Assembly: GCA_041179705.1 (NCBI GenBank)
Contig: JBEGSW010000056.1
Location: forward strand, 1,796-65,795
Source of the DNA: Bacillota bacterium
GTDB lineage: Bacteria > Bacillota > Bacilli > Paenibacillales > JBEGSW01
Direction: 5' to 3'
DNA: 64,000 nucleotides
Each line of letters starts with the position of its first letter. Positions within the stretch are counted from its first letter, which is position 1. The translations under genes and the position numbers were made by a program. Positions 1 to 8,015 of the stretch are shown here, one piece after another. The notes beneath the pieces were generated by a model. The model worked only from the letters and a program-made list of their open reading frames with translations, was not told where the DNA came from and did not search any database.

Positions 1-293
1 ATCATTAACTTGATCCCACGCTGATGCATACCATCTATCATTTCCTGCCAGTCGGCCATCGTGCCAAATTCTTTCATAATTTGACGATAGTCACGAATAT
101 CATAGCCATTATCATCATTCGGCGAGTCATAAACTGGACATAACCAAACCATATCTACACCCAAAAACTGTAAATAATCCAACTTCTCAATAATCCCTCG
201 CAAATCGCCTATCCCATCACCGTTCGAATCTTTGAAACTAATCGGATAAATTTGGTAAACGACGCTATCTTGCCACCAATATTGTTTTTCCAC
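1..293 (-). CDS. GH13 alpha-glucosidase / oligo-1,6-glucosidase family, N-terminal fragment (gene continues past the left edge)
   Basis: Absent from the ORF track because it has no stop in the window. The minus-strand frame reads MEKQYWWQDSVVYQIYPISFKDSNGDGIGDLRGIIEKLDYLQFLGVDMVWLCPVYDSPNDDNGYDIRDY, the canonical GH13 oligo-1,6-glucosidase/trehalose-6-P hydrolase N-terminus. GTG start at 293-291 with AAAGGGGGA 8 nt upstream. The nearby ATG at 300 is out of frame and stops after 11 codons. Confidence 0.8.
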   Translation of the reverse strand, partial: MEKQYWWQDSVVYQIYPISFKDSNGDGIGDLRGIIEKLDYLQFLGVDMVWLCPVYDSPNDDNGYDIRDYRQIMKEFGTMADWQEMIDGMHQRGIKLM

Positions 294-388
294 GTTCCAT
301 ATCCCCCTTTAGAATTACGTTCATTATATAACCAAATACACGAAACAAATGTACACACGATTGGGATTTCTTTATTCGATTTTGGCAT

Positions 389-419
389 AAAAAAATGGAG
401 CGGATTTCTCCACTCCATT
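389..419 (-). terminator. Rho-independent terminator after nrdJ
   Basis: AATGGAG (394-400) pairs with CTCCATT (413-419). The A-run at 389-395 becomes a U-tract on the minus strand, just downstream of the nrdJ stop at 430. Confidence 0.6.
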
Positions 420-429
420 CGTTAATTAT

Positions 430-2937
430 TTAGCTACAACGGCTATATCCACAGTTTGTGCAATTTTTGCATCCGTCACTATGAACGAGTGTTGCTCCAC
501 CACAGCTCGGACAAAGATCTAACGTCTTTCGTCCGTCTGATGAATGTTGGGAATGACTTTCTTCGTAAGTCTGAGTAGCAGCCTCAAGTGCCTGTCCATT
601 TTCTGTACGTTCCAGATGGATTTCAATCGCCTTTGCAAGCGCATCTGCGATAGACTCTACGCGATTCACGCCAAATCCAATTGCGCCCGAACCACCAATG
701 CCCTTGAGATGCTTAATTAACAAGCGTTCTTTTTGACCATGTTCCCCATAGCGCAGGAATAAAGAACAAACGCGGCCAAGCGCTTCAGACATAGCAAATA
801 CATCGGAACCTGCTTTACCTACATTCAAGAAGATTTCACTTGGAATTCCATCAAGATCATTAATTGTTATATAGGCCATGCCAAGTGGTGTATTAAATTT
901 ATAAGTCGAACCGCTTAATACTTGCGGACGTTTCTTGTATTGACGGTCAATATGATGCGCTTCTGCTTTAGGTTCTTCTTCAACCTTATTCACTTCGTCT
1001 TTCTCTTCGTCTTTCACAGTGGAAAGAACTTGCGTATCACGGCTACCATCGCGATAAATCGTAACCCCTTTACATCCTAAGTCAAAGGCTAATTCATACA
1101 ATCGTTTTGTGTCCTCGACAGTGAAATCATTCGGGCAATTCGCCGTCTTTGAAATCGAGCTATCTACCCAGCGTTGAATCGCTGCTTGCGCGCGAATATG
1201 ATCTTCCGCGCTAAGGCTCATTGCCGTTACGAAATAGTCCGGTAAGGTTTCACCAGGATGTTGGTCTATCCAATCTTGTGCAATCGGCACAAGTTGCTTG
1301 TCGAATCCGAGGCGGCTTTGACGATAATATTCAAATGCGAAATAAGGCTCAATCCCTGTTGATGTCCCGACCATTGTTCCCGTGCTACCTGTCGGCGCCT
1401 GGGTGATAACCGTAACGTTACGCATGCCTTGTTGCTTGATTGCTTCGCCAACTTCAGGGAATGCCCCCACCATATTCTTCATGAAGCCACTTTGTAAAAA
1501 TTTCTCTTCATCAAATTGCACGAACGAACCTTTCTCAGCAGCAATACTAGCAGATGCTAAATACGCTTCCCTTGCCATGAACCCATAAATCTTATCTAAG
1601 AATTCCAAAGACTCTGGGCTACCATAACGAACTTCTAATTTAATCATGAGTTCAGCTAGTCCCATCGATCCAAGTCCTACACGTCGTTCAGATTGCTGAT
1701 TTTCACGGTTTTCCTCGAAGTGATATGGCGTTCGATCGATTACGTTATCCAAGAAACGAACCGAATATTGCACCGTCTTTGCCAATTCGTCCCAAGCGAC
1801 GTCATGTTTATCTGCATCATAGAATTTACTTAAGTTAATCGCCGATAAGTTACACACGCCCCATGCTGGCAACCCTTGTTCCCCACATGGATTTGTCGCA
1901 ATAATTGGGTTGAAATACCAACTGTTCGACATGTCGTTGTAATATTCCAAGAAAACAACACCTGGCTCAGCAGATTTCCATGCCGATTCAATAATTAAAT
2001 GCCATACATCGCGAGCGCGAACCGTGTCGTAGTGAATGACGGCTTTGCCAAGTGCTTCCCACTTCGCAAGATTACCATCCCAAATCGCGTTATATTCTGA
2101 ATCAGATGTATCAGGGAATTTCAATTCCCAGTCCAAATCCTCTTTTACTGCTTTCATAAATGCGTTGCTCACACAAACCGATAAATTCGCATTCGTGATT
2201 TCGCCCGCCGTTTGTTTAACCGTAATAAAACGAATTAAATCCGGATGCCAGTCGTTGATCATTAACATCAGCGCACCACGACGACTACCACCCTGTTCAA
2301 TTAAGCCCGTTGCATAACTGAACAATCCACCCCAAGATACCGCGCCGCTAGAGGAACCATTTACGCCACGAACGATTGCGCGCTTAGGACGCAAAGAGGA
2401 TAAGTTAATCCCTACTCCGCCACCGCGGGACATAATTTCTGTCATCTCACCCAGTGTTTCCATGATGCCACCACGACTATCTTTCGGGGATGGAATCACG
2501 TAGCAGTTAAACAATGTTAATTCGTCACTAGCGCCAGCACCAGCTGCAATACGACCACCGGGTACAAGTTTCCAATCGTCTAGTAGATAACGAAATCTTT
2601 CTTCCCATAGTTGCTGTTGGTCTGGCGCTTCCACAGATGCCATCGCTTTCGCAAGACGTCCCCAAAGTTCTTCAGGTGTCTTCTCTTTCGTTAACGTTAA
2701 TTTGGATAGTTCTGAATCAACGATATCACCATTACGAAGTTGAACCTTAACTTGTTTTCCTTCTCGCTCAATGACTTCGCCAACTTCTTTAGCAGGAAAT
2801 TTAGGATCATCTTTGGTCAATACAAGCACAAAATCCCCAACTTTGGTGTTATTCGCATCCGCATCTTTCAGAGCATAACGATCTAGAAAAATCTTTTCAC
2901 TAAGTCCTTCTAATTTATTTCCATTTGCAGTTGACAT
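430..2937 (-). CDS. nrdJ: Adenosylcobalamin-dependent ribonucleotide reductase, class II
   Basis: 835-aa ORF with the class II RNR active-site loop ATNPCGEQGLPAWGVCNL, glycine-rich SRGGGVG and TGSTGT segments, and a Cys-rich C-terminal tail CPSCGG...CKNCTNCG. RBS GGGAGGGAAAG lies upstream of the ATG at 2937. Confidence 0.93.
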   Translation of the reverse strand: MSTANGNKLEGLSEKIFLDRYALKDADANNTKVGDFVLVLTKDDPKFPAKEVGEVIEREGKQVKVQLRNGDIVDSELSKLTLTKEKTPEELWGRLAKAMASVEAPDQQQLWEERFRYLLDDWKLVPGGRIAAGAGASDELTLFNCYVIPSPKDSRGGIMETLGEMTEIMSRGGGVGINLSSLRPKRAIVRGVNGSSSGAVSWGGLFSYATGLIEQGGSRRGALMLMINDWHPDLIRFITVKQTAGEITNANLSVCVSNAFMKAVKEDLDWELKFPDTSDSEYNAIWDGNLAKWEALGKAVIHYDTVRARDVWHLIIESAWKSAEPGVVFLEYYNDMSNSWYFNPIIATNPCGEQGLPAWGVCNLSAINLSKFYDADKHDVAWDELAKTVQYSVRFLDNVIDRTPYHFEENRENQQSERRVGLGSMGLAELMIKLEVRYGSPESLEFLDKIYGFMAREAYLASASIAAEKGSFVQFDEEKFLQSGFMKNMVGAFPEVGEAIKQQGMRNVTVITQAPTGSTGTMVGTSTGIEPYFAFEYYRQSRLGFDKQLVPIAQDWIDQHPGETLPDYFVTAMSLSAEDHIRAQAAIQRWVDSSISKTANCPNDFTVEDTKRLYELAFDLGCKGVTIYRDGSRDTQVLSTVKDEEKDEVNKVEEEPKAEAHHIDRQYKKRPQVLSGSTYKFNTPLGMAYITINDLDGIPSEIFLNVGKAGSDVFAMSEALGRVCSLFLRYGEHGQKERLLIKHLKGIGGSGAIGFGVNRVESIADALAKAIEIHLERTENGQALEAATQTYEESHSQHSSDGRKTLDLCPSCGGATLVHSDGCKNCTNCGYSRCS

Positions 2938-2970
2938 TGGCTTTCCCTCCCATTGATTTCAATCCAAAAT

Positions 2971-3028
2971 ACCACATATTGTGTCTATTCATGATTAAAA
3001 CATACTACATATTGTGTGTATGTATCAA
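2971..3028 (-). promoter_or_regulatory. nrdJ promoter with two NrdR boxes
   Basis: Two copies of the NrdR-box-like palindrome: ACCACATATTGTGT (2971-2984) and ACTACATATTGTGT (3004-3017), 33 bp apart. Minus-strand promoter TTGATA (3028-3023), 18-nt spacer, TATGTT (3004-2999). One box sits in the spacer and one just downstream of the predicted TSS. Confidence 0.7.
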
Positions 3029-3043
3029 TATTATAAATCACAA

Positions 3044-3889
3044 TTATTTTTTCAATGTATAAGAGTCATTTCCATACTTCTCATTTACGAGTTGTTCAGC
3101 GCGTTTTTGTTCCGCCTCCGTTAACACGCCCTCATTAAATGTCACGTTTAATCCTTCAGCCATTCCAATCTCGAAGGATTCCTCAAGTTGATCAAGCCCA
3201 ATTTCTTGTAGACCTGCTTGCAGAAGCAAATCATTGATTGCCACAGCTTTGGTTGCAAATCCTTTCTTCATCCTTGCACGTTTCGATTCATCACTAAATT
3301 GAAGCAAATCGAATAATAAATTGACGTCCATGTTGAGCAAAACGGAGCCGTGTTGCAGGACGACGCCTTTTTGTCTAACCTGTGCACTGCCCGCAATCTT
3401 CTGACCCTCTACGACGAGTTCATACCAAGAAGGGGAATCGAAACAAGCTGCAGAACCCAGAGAGGACAGTTGGTTTTCTCCGTCCTTATTGGATAAATTG
3501 ACCATTTCCGCTTGCAGTCCTAGTCGCTTAAACCCTTCAACCAATCCCAAACTAAGCATGCGATACGACTCTGTAACACTTCGGGCTAAATCCGGATATG
3601 ACTCGGGCAAAATAATGCTATACGTCAGTTCTTGATCATGAAGGACAGCTCGTCCGCCTGTTGGCCGCCTTACTAAACCAATGTTCTTCTCTTTCACTTT
3701 TTCTAGATCAATTTCTTTCAACGCACTTTGAAAATAGCCAATCGAGAGCGTCGCAGGTTGCCAGCGATAAAAGCGAATCGTTGGAGGTGAAACTCCCGCA
3801 GCAACTTCATGCATAATTGCTTCATCAATTGCCATATTAAAAGCAGGTGAATAAGAATGTGATGGAATGTAACGCCATTGCTGCTTCAT
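3044..3889 (-). CDS. lipM: Octanoyltransferase LipM (lipoate-protein ligase family)
   Basis: MKQQWRYIPSHSYSPAFNMAIDEAIMHEV...RFYRWQPATLSIGYFQ...VRRPTGGRAVLHD matches the LipM/YqhM type rather than LplJ. The ORF-track N-terminus (to 4039) is trimmed to the ATG at 3889, which has AAGGGAG 8 nt upstream. Confidence 0.8.
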   Translation of the reverse strand: MKQQWRYIPSHSYSPAFNMAIDEAIMHEVAAGVSPPTIRFYRWQPATLSIGYFQSALKEIDLEKVKEKNIGLVRRPTGGRAVLHDQELTYSIILPESYPDLARSVTESYRMLSLGLVEGFKRLGLQAEMVNLSNKDGENQLSSLGSAACFDSPSWYELVVEGQKIAGSAQVRQKGVVLQHGSVLLNMDVNLLFDLLQFSDESKRARMKKGFATKAVAINDLLLQAGLQEIGLDQLEESFEIGMAEGLNVTFNEGVLTEAEQKRAEQLVNEKYGNDSYTLKK

Positions 3890-3913
3890 GTGAGAACTCC
3901 CTTGGAGGATAAA

Positions 3914-5497
3914 ATGATCATTTCTACAACCTGTAATCTCGCACCCCTTCATAACCTTCAACAACATTATGAAAATAACGGTCCCTGGGCAAGCTGGGAT
4001 GCTTACAAACATGTATTCGAGATAAGTAAAAACCAACAAATCGCGTCTTTTGATACCCTTGCTAGTCTAAACACATTCCTAAATATTCAACCGATGGCGC
4101 ATCAGATGCAAACCGCAGAAATTGTACTGAAAGAGATGCATGGTAGAGCTATCCTTGGCGATGAAGTTGGTCTAGGAAAGACGATTGAAGCAGGGCTAAT
4201 ATTAAAAGAATACATCATCCGTGGACTCGTAAGCAAAGCCCTCATTTTGGTCCCTGCCTCACTTGTTCTGCAATGGGTCAAAGAATTAAATGAAAAATTT
4301 GGAATTACAGCCATTGCTCAGAAAAAATCATATGTGTGGTCCTATCACAATATTGTTGTAGGTTCAATTGAAACTGCAAAAAAAGAACCCCATCGCACAT
4401 TCATATTAGAGCAAGACTACGATATTTTAATTATCGATGAGGCTCATAAATTAAAAAATCCACGCACTTTGAATTACCAGTTTGTAAATCAAATTCAAAA
4501 AAAATATTGCCTTTTACTCACGGCTACCCCCGTCCAAAATGATTTAAATGAACTTATTCATCTCGTCAACTTGATCAAACCTGGTCATTTACAACATATC
4601 GGACAAAAATCAAATGTCTCAACAATCAAACAAAAACTACAATCGGTTATGATTCGAAATCGACGTGTTGAAAATCAGGATAATCCAATCAAACGAGTAA
4701 TTAACAATATCCCGCTCCAACTTTCCACAGAAGAGCTTCAACTCTATGATGGCGTTTGTTCATATATCAGAGAATATGCACATTTGAATCCACAAAATGG
4801 TTTAGCCTTGATTACACTACAACGCGAAGTATGTAGTAGTCGCGATGCTGTATTTGTTACCCTCGTTAATCTTTTTCAAAAAACCCCAGAAAACGCCCCA
4901 CAACGTGCAACAATATGGACACTTGTTGAAAAAATAAAAGCAATCACATCGAATACAAAGGCTGAAAAAACACTTGAAGTTATTCGCGAAATTCAAGACA
5001 AGGTTATTATTTTTACTGAATATCGCGCCACTCAACAATATCTGTTGCATTATCTAAAGCAACATAACATCCAGGCAATTCCCTATCAAGGTGGTATGGG
5101 GCGAGGCAAAAAAGACTGGATGACCGATTTATTTCGAGGATCTGCACAAGTGTTAGTAGCTACTGAGGCAGGTGGCGAGGGAATAAACTTACAGTTTTGC
5201 AATCACATCATCAATTTTGATTTACCTTGGAATCCCATGCGGATTGAACAACGCATTGGACGGATTCATCGCTATGGGCAAACAAAAGATGTTAATGTCT
5301 TTAACTTAATTACGAACGGAACGATTGAAGCACACATTGTTTCCTTGTTGATGAGTAAGATCGAACTTTTTAAAGATGTCATTGGAGAACTTGACCCGAT
5401 CCTCACAGCTACAGAAAAGTCGATTGAACGCCTTGCGCTAGATCTCATCCAAAATCACGCATACCAAAGGAACCGCTATGAAACAAGAACACATTAA
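3914..5497 (+). CDS. SNF2-family helicase (RapA/HepA-like, YqhH type)
   Basis: Motif I DEVGLGKTIEAG, motif II DEAHKLKN, motif VI QRIGRIHRYGQ. Start chosen at the ATG at 3914, preceded by GGAGGATAAA. The ORF-track start at 3878 overlaps the lipM start. Confidence 0.85.
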   Translation: MIISTTCNLAPLHNLQQHYENNGPWASWDAYKHVFEISKNQQIASFDTLASLNTFLNIQPMAHQMQTAEIVLKEMHGRAILGDEVGLGKTIEAGLILKEYIIRGLVSKALILVPASLVLQWVKELNEKFGITAIAQKKSYVWSYHNIVVGSIETAKKEPHRTFILEQDYDILIIDEAHKLKNPRTLNYQFVNQIQKKYCLLLTATPVQNDLNELIHLVNLIKPGHLQHIGQKSNVSTIKQKLQSVMIRNRRVENQDNPIKRVINNIPLQLSTEELQLYDGVCSYIREYAHLNPQNGLALITLQREVCSSRDAVFVTLVNLFQKTPENAPQRATIWTLVEKIKAITSNTKAEKTLEVIREIQDKVIIFTEYRATQQYLLHYLKQHNIQAIPYQGGMGRGKKDWMTDLFRGSAQVLVATEAGGEGINLQFCNHIINFDLPWNPMRIEQRIGRIHRYGQTKDVNVFNLITNGTIEAHIVSLLMSKIELFKDVIGELDPILTATEKSIERLALDLIQNHAYQRNRYETRTH

Positions 5498-6305
5498 AGC
5501 GATTTTTGAATCCTATTTCGTGATGACAGGTTGTGAAATCTTTCATTCTGATTGCACATGTATCCAGGTGAAACTATCTCCAATTGCAGATCGGACAATC
5601 GCTAATCGCCCTTACTATTGGGCATTTGTCGATAACATGCATCAAGAACCTGAACCTTTATCATATACCTTTTGGTTTGCACCTCAACAAACAGATCTTG
5701 CATTGCCACTTACCCAAACAATCTCTGAATTAATTACCATCGGAAACGATAAATTAAATGTAATTATGCAAGAATTACACACACAAGGCAGCTATACCAT
5801 GCTTTTTGAAAAAAGTGCGACACCACGCAACATTGATTCCTATGATTCTTGGCTTAATGTTAACTATATGCTCCACTTCCAAACCTACTCAAATCGGAAC
5901 GACGTTCACTCTATCGGTATATCCTTAACAACTGGTGAAATTGTCGAAGACTTTATGGAACAAATTGCGCACATGGAATTTTCATCCACAATCGCAACTG
6001 CCATGATGATAAAACCTGTTCTAAGCATGGAAAGCGCACAGCAACTTATTAAATCTCATATTCATAATCAGCTTACTTCTGCCGATCATGCTTGGGCGAT
6101 ACGTGCCTCTGAACTGGAGATAAATGAACATAATCGACTAAAGAGTTACTATATGGAACGTAATGAACCTGAGCTTTTGACCAAACGGACAACAGAAATA
6201 AGCAAGATTTATGCCCCAACGCTTTCGGTCGAAATAATTAATTGTGGGATTTTTCATTTTTTAAACCATTTCCGCCATAAGAATTCGAAAGCATTAGGGA
6301 GTTGA
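5478..6305 (+). CDS. YqhG-family protein (uncharacterised partner of YqhH-type helicases)
   Basis: 275-aa ORF overlapping the helicase stop by 20 nt. The assignment rests on recalled Bacillus yqhG-yqhH adjacency. I recognise no catalytic motif. Confidence 0.6.
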   Translation: MKQEHIKAIFESYFVMTGCEIFHSDCTCIQVKLSPIADRTIANRPYYWAFVDNMHQEPEPLSYTFWFAPQQTDLALPLTQTISELITIGNDKLNVIMQELHTQGSYTMLFEKSATPRNIDSYDSWLNVNYMLHFQTYSNRNDVHSIGISLTTGEIVEDFMEQIAHMEFSSTIATAMMIKPVLSMESAQQLIKSHIHNQLTSADHAWAIRASELEINEHNRLKSYYMERNEPELLTKRTTEISKIYAPTLSVEIINCGIFHFLNHFRHKNSKALGS

Positions 6306-6433
6306 CCAAACCATTCTTGACGTAAATTTGTTTGTTCTTTGGTTAACCTTATCGTTCTCGTTTTTTCTTTACCTAGCACATATCTAACAACCTTTTCCGT
6401 CCATTCTTGCCAAATATCCGTTTTGTCCGCCAT
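6254..6433 (-). CDS. YqzE-like small protein (59 aa)
   Basis: Below the ORF-track size cutoff. Reads MADKTDIWQEWTEKVVRYVLGKEKTRTIRLTKEQTNLRQEWFGQLPNAFEFLWRKWFKK. The basic middle and the WFGxLPxA motif match my memory of the YqzE family, which lies near yqhG in B. subtilis. AAGGGGAG lies 13 nt upstream, which is long spacing. Overlaps the yqhG 3' end convergently by 52 nt. Confidence 0.45.
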   Translation of the reverse strand: MADKTDIWQEWTEKVVRYVLGKEKTRTIRLTKEQTNLRQEWFGQLPNAFEFLWRKWFKK

Positions 6434-6497
6434 GAGTGAAAGTCAGCTCCCCTTAGTTGTAATAGCTTTAGTCTTCTCGTTTTCATCCAAATCATGC

Positions 6498-6549
6498 AAA
6501 AAACCTCCTGCCGTGTTAAGATAATGTCCAACACGTTAGGAGGTTTTTT
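6498..6549. terminator. Bidirectional terminator-like hairpin
   Basis: AAAAAACCTCCTGCCGTGT (6498-6516) pairs with ACACGTTAGGAGGTTTTTT (6531-6549): CCTCCT/AGGAGG plus CGTGT/ACACG with a 2-nt internal mismatch. A-run on the left and T-run on the right. Confidence 0.55.
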
Positions 6550-6551
6550 GT

Positions 6552-6677
6552 ATGTTATCTGGATTAATTGCTGGGGGGATCATAATGTCCCTTATTTTCA
6601 TCGGTGGCACTGTACTTTATATCAATAAAGCTTATTCCAAGAAATGGGAAGAAGAGGAGTCCGATTCTGCTAAATAA
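6552..6677 (+). CDS. Possible 41-aa membrane micro-protein
   Basis: MLSGLIAGGIIMSLIFIGGTVLYINKAYSKKWEEEESDSAK: one hydrophobic helix plus a charged tail. Its GGAGG RBS (6539-6543) lies inside the right arm of the 6498-6549 hairpin, which lowers confidence that it is expressed. Confidence 0.35.
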   Translation: MLSGLIAGGIIMSLIFIGGTVLYINKAYSKKWEEEESDSAK

Positions 6678-6885
6678 GGGAATCGGGTAACTCTCTCGGT
6701 TGATCATCTGCCTGGAAATGATATGTCTTTGCAACTTTAACTACTTTTCGATTCTGCTTTCGAACTAATACATCTGATTCATTCCATGCGATTACAATCC
6801 CTCGAATATCATTGTCGGGATTCGCATCTCGAACAACTCGCACTTTAACCCCATCTCGACGCCATTCATCTAGTTGATTATCCAA
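6670..6885 (-). CDS. Hypothetical small protein (71 aa as listed)
   Basis: ORF-track entry with a TTG start overlapping the stop of the upstream gene. An in-frame GTG 13 codons in is an alternative start. No motif recognised. Confidence 0.45.
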   Translation of the reverse strand: MDNQLDEWRRDGVKVRVVRDANPDNDIRGIVIAWNESDVLVRKQNRKVVKVAKTYHFQADDQPRELPDSLI

Positions 6886-7195
6886 CGTGCTTCACCGAAT
6901 CATTCCAGAAGTCTAATACTTGACCCGACATTACACGACTTTGGATATAGGCAACTTGGTGTTCGGAGAAATATGTTTCCCATGCGAATGAAAGGTCTTC
7001 ACACAGTTGAACAAGTGTGAGCAATTCTGACCAAGCAACATAGCGCTTGTACCAGAAAAATTGCGGATGTTCGATCATATAAGGATAGAGATCATCAAAT
7101 TCAGTGTGCTTACAATCCAAAGCGCGTTCGAAATGATTTTTCGCATGTTCCAACTTCGCAATCAAAAAAGATTCTGTCATTTGCTCGAAACCCAT
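6878..7195 (-). CDS. Hypothetical protein (105 aa)
   Basis: ATG at 7195 with AAAGGAGAG upstream. Coding-like composition. No family confidently recognised. Confidence 0.5.
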   Translation of the reverse strand: MGFEQMTESFLIAKLEHAKNHFERALDCKHTEFDDLYPYMIEHPQFFWYKRYVAWSELLTLVQLCEDLSFAWETYFSEHQVAYIQSRVMSGQVLDFWNDSVKHVG

Positions 7196-7274
7196 CGTAT
7201 CGCCAACTCTCCTTTCAATTAAAGCCCATGTAATAAGTATATGACAATTGCACCGTAATGAGGAAGTGGGTAAA

Positions 7275-7850
7275 TTATTCCACGAATGTGATTTCGCCGT
7301 CCGATAAAGATTTGATTTTTACTAATGTCTCCACATTCAAGCCCATATTACGCAAACGATTGGCACCATCTTGGAAACTCTTTTCGATCACAATACCGAA
7401 ACCTACAATTGTGGCACCTGTCTGCTCCATGATGCGAACTAAACCTCGAGCACCATCACCATTTGCAATGATGTCGTCGATTAATAACACCCGATCCGTC
7501 TCGTCGATTAACGATTTCGACAATATTAAGTCAGTTACAATCCCCTTAGTAAAGGAAGGGACCCGTTCCGTCCACACATCCGTATCTGTTGTGAGGGTTC
7601 GCTTACGTCGAGCGAAAGTAAATGGAATTGCTAATTCTAATGCTGCACCCATCGCAATTGGAATCCCCGAAGATTCAATTGTAACGATTTTCGTTATTCC
7701 ACTATCACGAAAACGGTCTGCAAGTAACTTACCCGCCTCCAAAGCAAATTGTGGATCAACTTGATGATTCAATAATGTGTCTAGTTTCAATACTTGATCA
7801 GAAATAACGATACCTTCCTCAAGCACTCTATTCTTTAAAAAGTTTATCAT
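7275..7850 (-). CDS. xpt: Xanthine phosphoribosyltransferase
   Basis: Collinear with remembered B. subtilis Xpt: LNHQVDP, ITKIVTIESSGI, PRPP-binding loop VLLIDDIIANG, GIVIEKSFQ. Confidence 0.92.
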   Translation of the reverse strand: MINFLKNRVLEEGIVISDQVLKLDTLLNHQVDPQFALEAGKLLADRFRDSGITKIVTIESSGIPIAMGAALELAIPFTFARRKRTLTTDTDVWTERVPSFTKGIVTDLILSKSLIDETDRVLLIDDIIANGDGARGLVRIMEQTGATIVGFGIVIEKSFQDGANRLRNMGLNVETLVKIKSLSDGEITFVE

Positions 7851-8015
7851 CCCAATCCCTCCAGTTCATAACGATTTCGCCTATTTTTAAAAGTTAACTT
7901 AACACAGTATATCAAATCGTTGCAAGAGTTTTTCCCCGCCAAAATAGGGATTTATCGGAATAGCTCTGTTTTGGTTTTCATATGTTGGTGTGTAAAACCA
8001 AAAGGAGTGCATCTT

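Noticed and set aside
209-418. 69-aa minus-strand ORF in the track
   Set aside because: It runs through the RBS and first codons of the GH13 gene in a different frame and through the nrdJ terminator. The in-frame GTG-start GH13 reading has clear family motifs.
3890-4039. Long N-terminal extensions proposed by the longest-ORF rule (lipM to 4039; yebC-like to 41947; ABC1 kinase to 61705; also 7920, 14545, 24069, 32740, 48333, 56025)
   Set aside because: The extensions lack an RBS, overlap neighbouring genes or promoters, and add residues not found at the N-termini of the respective families as I recall them. In each case a downstream start has a clear Shine-Dalgarno sequence.
6339-6524. 61-aa plus-strand ORF
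   Set aside because: It has a TTG start with no RBS and a low-complexity Ser/Leu/Val composition. The opposite strand encodes a YqzE-like protein with a recognisable motif.
7258-7764. 168-aa plus-strand ORF and similar long antisense ORFs (for example 1221-1588, 2036-2317, 19759-20529, 39373-40824, 48434-48961, 53682-54053, 54794-55240, 60202-61042)
   Set aside because: Each lies entirely antisense to, or out of frame within, a gene with clear family motifs. Each lacks an RBS and has a biased, low-complexity composition typical of shadow ORFs.
7851-8015. Looked for a purine (guanine/xanthine) riboswitch upstream of xpt, as in B. subtilis xpt-pbuX
   Set aside because: The minus-strand leader is short. 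It lacks the conserved junction sequence of the purine aptamer (no TATAAT..ATATGG..CTACC..CCGTAAAT..GACTATG-like pattern). Only an extended -10 element (TGATATACT) is visible.
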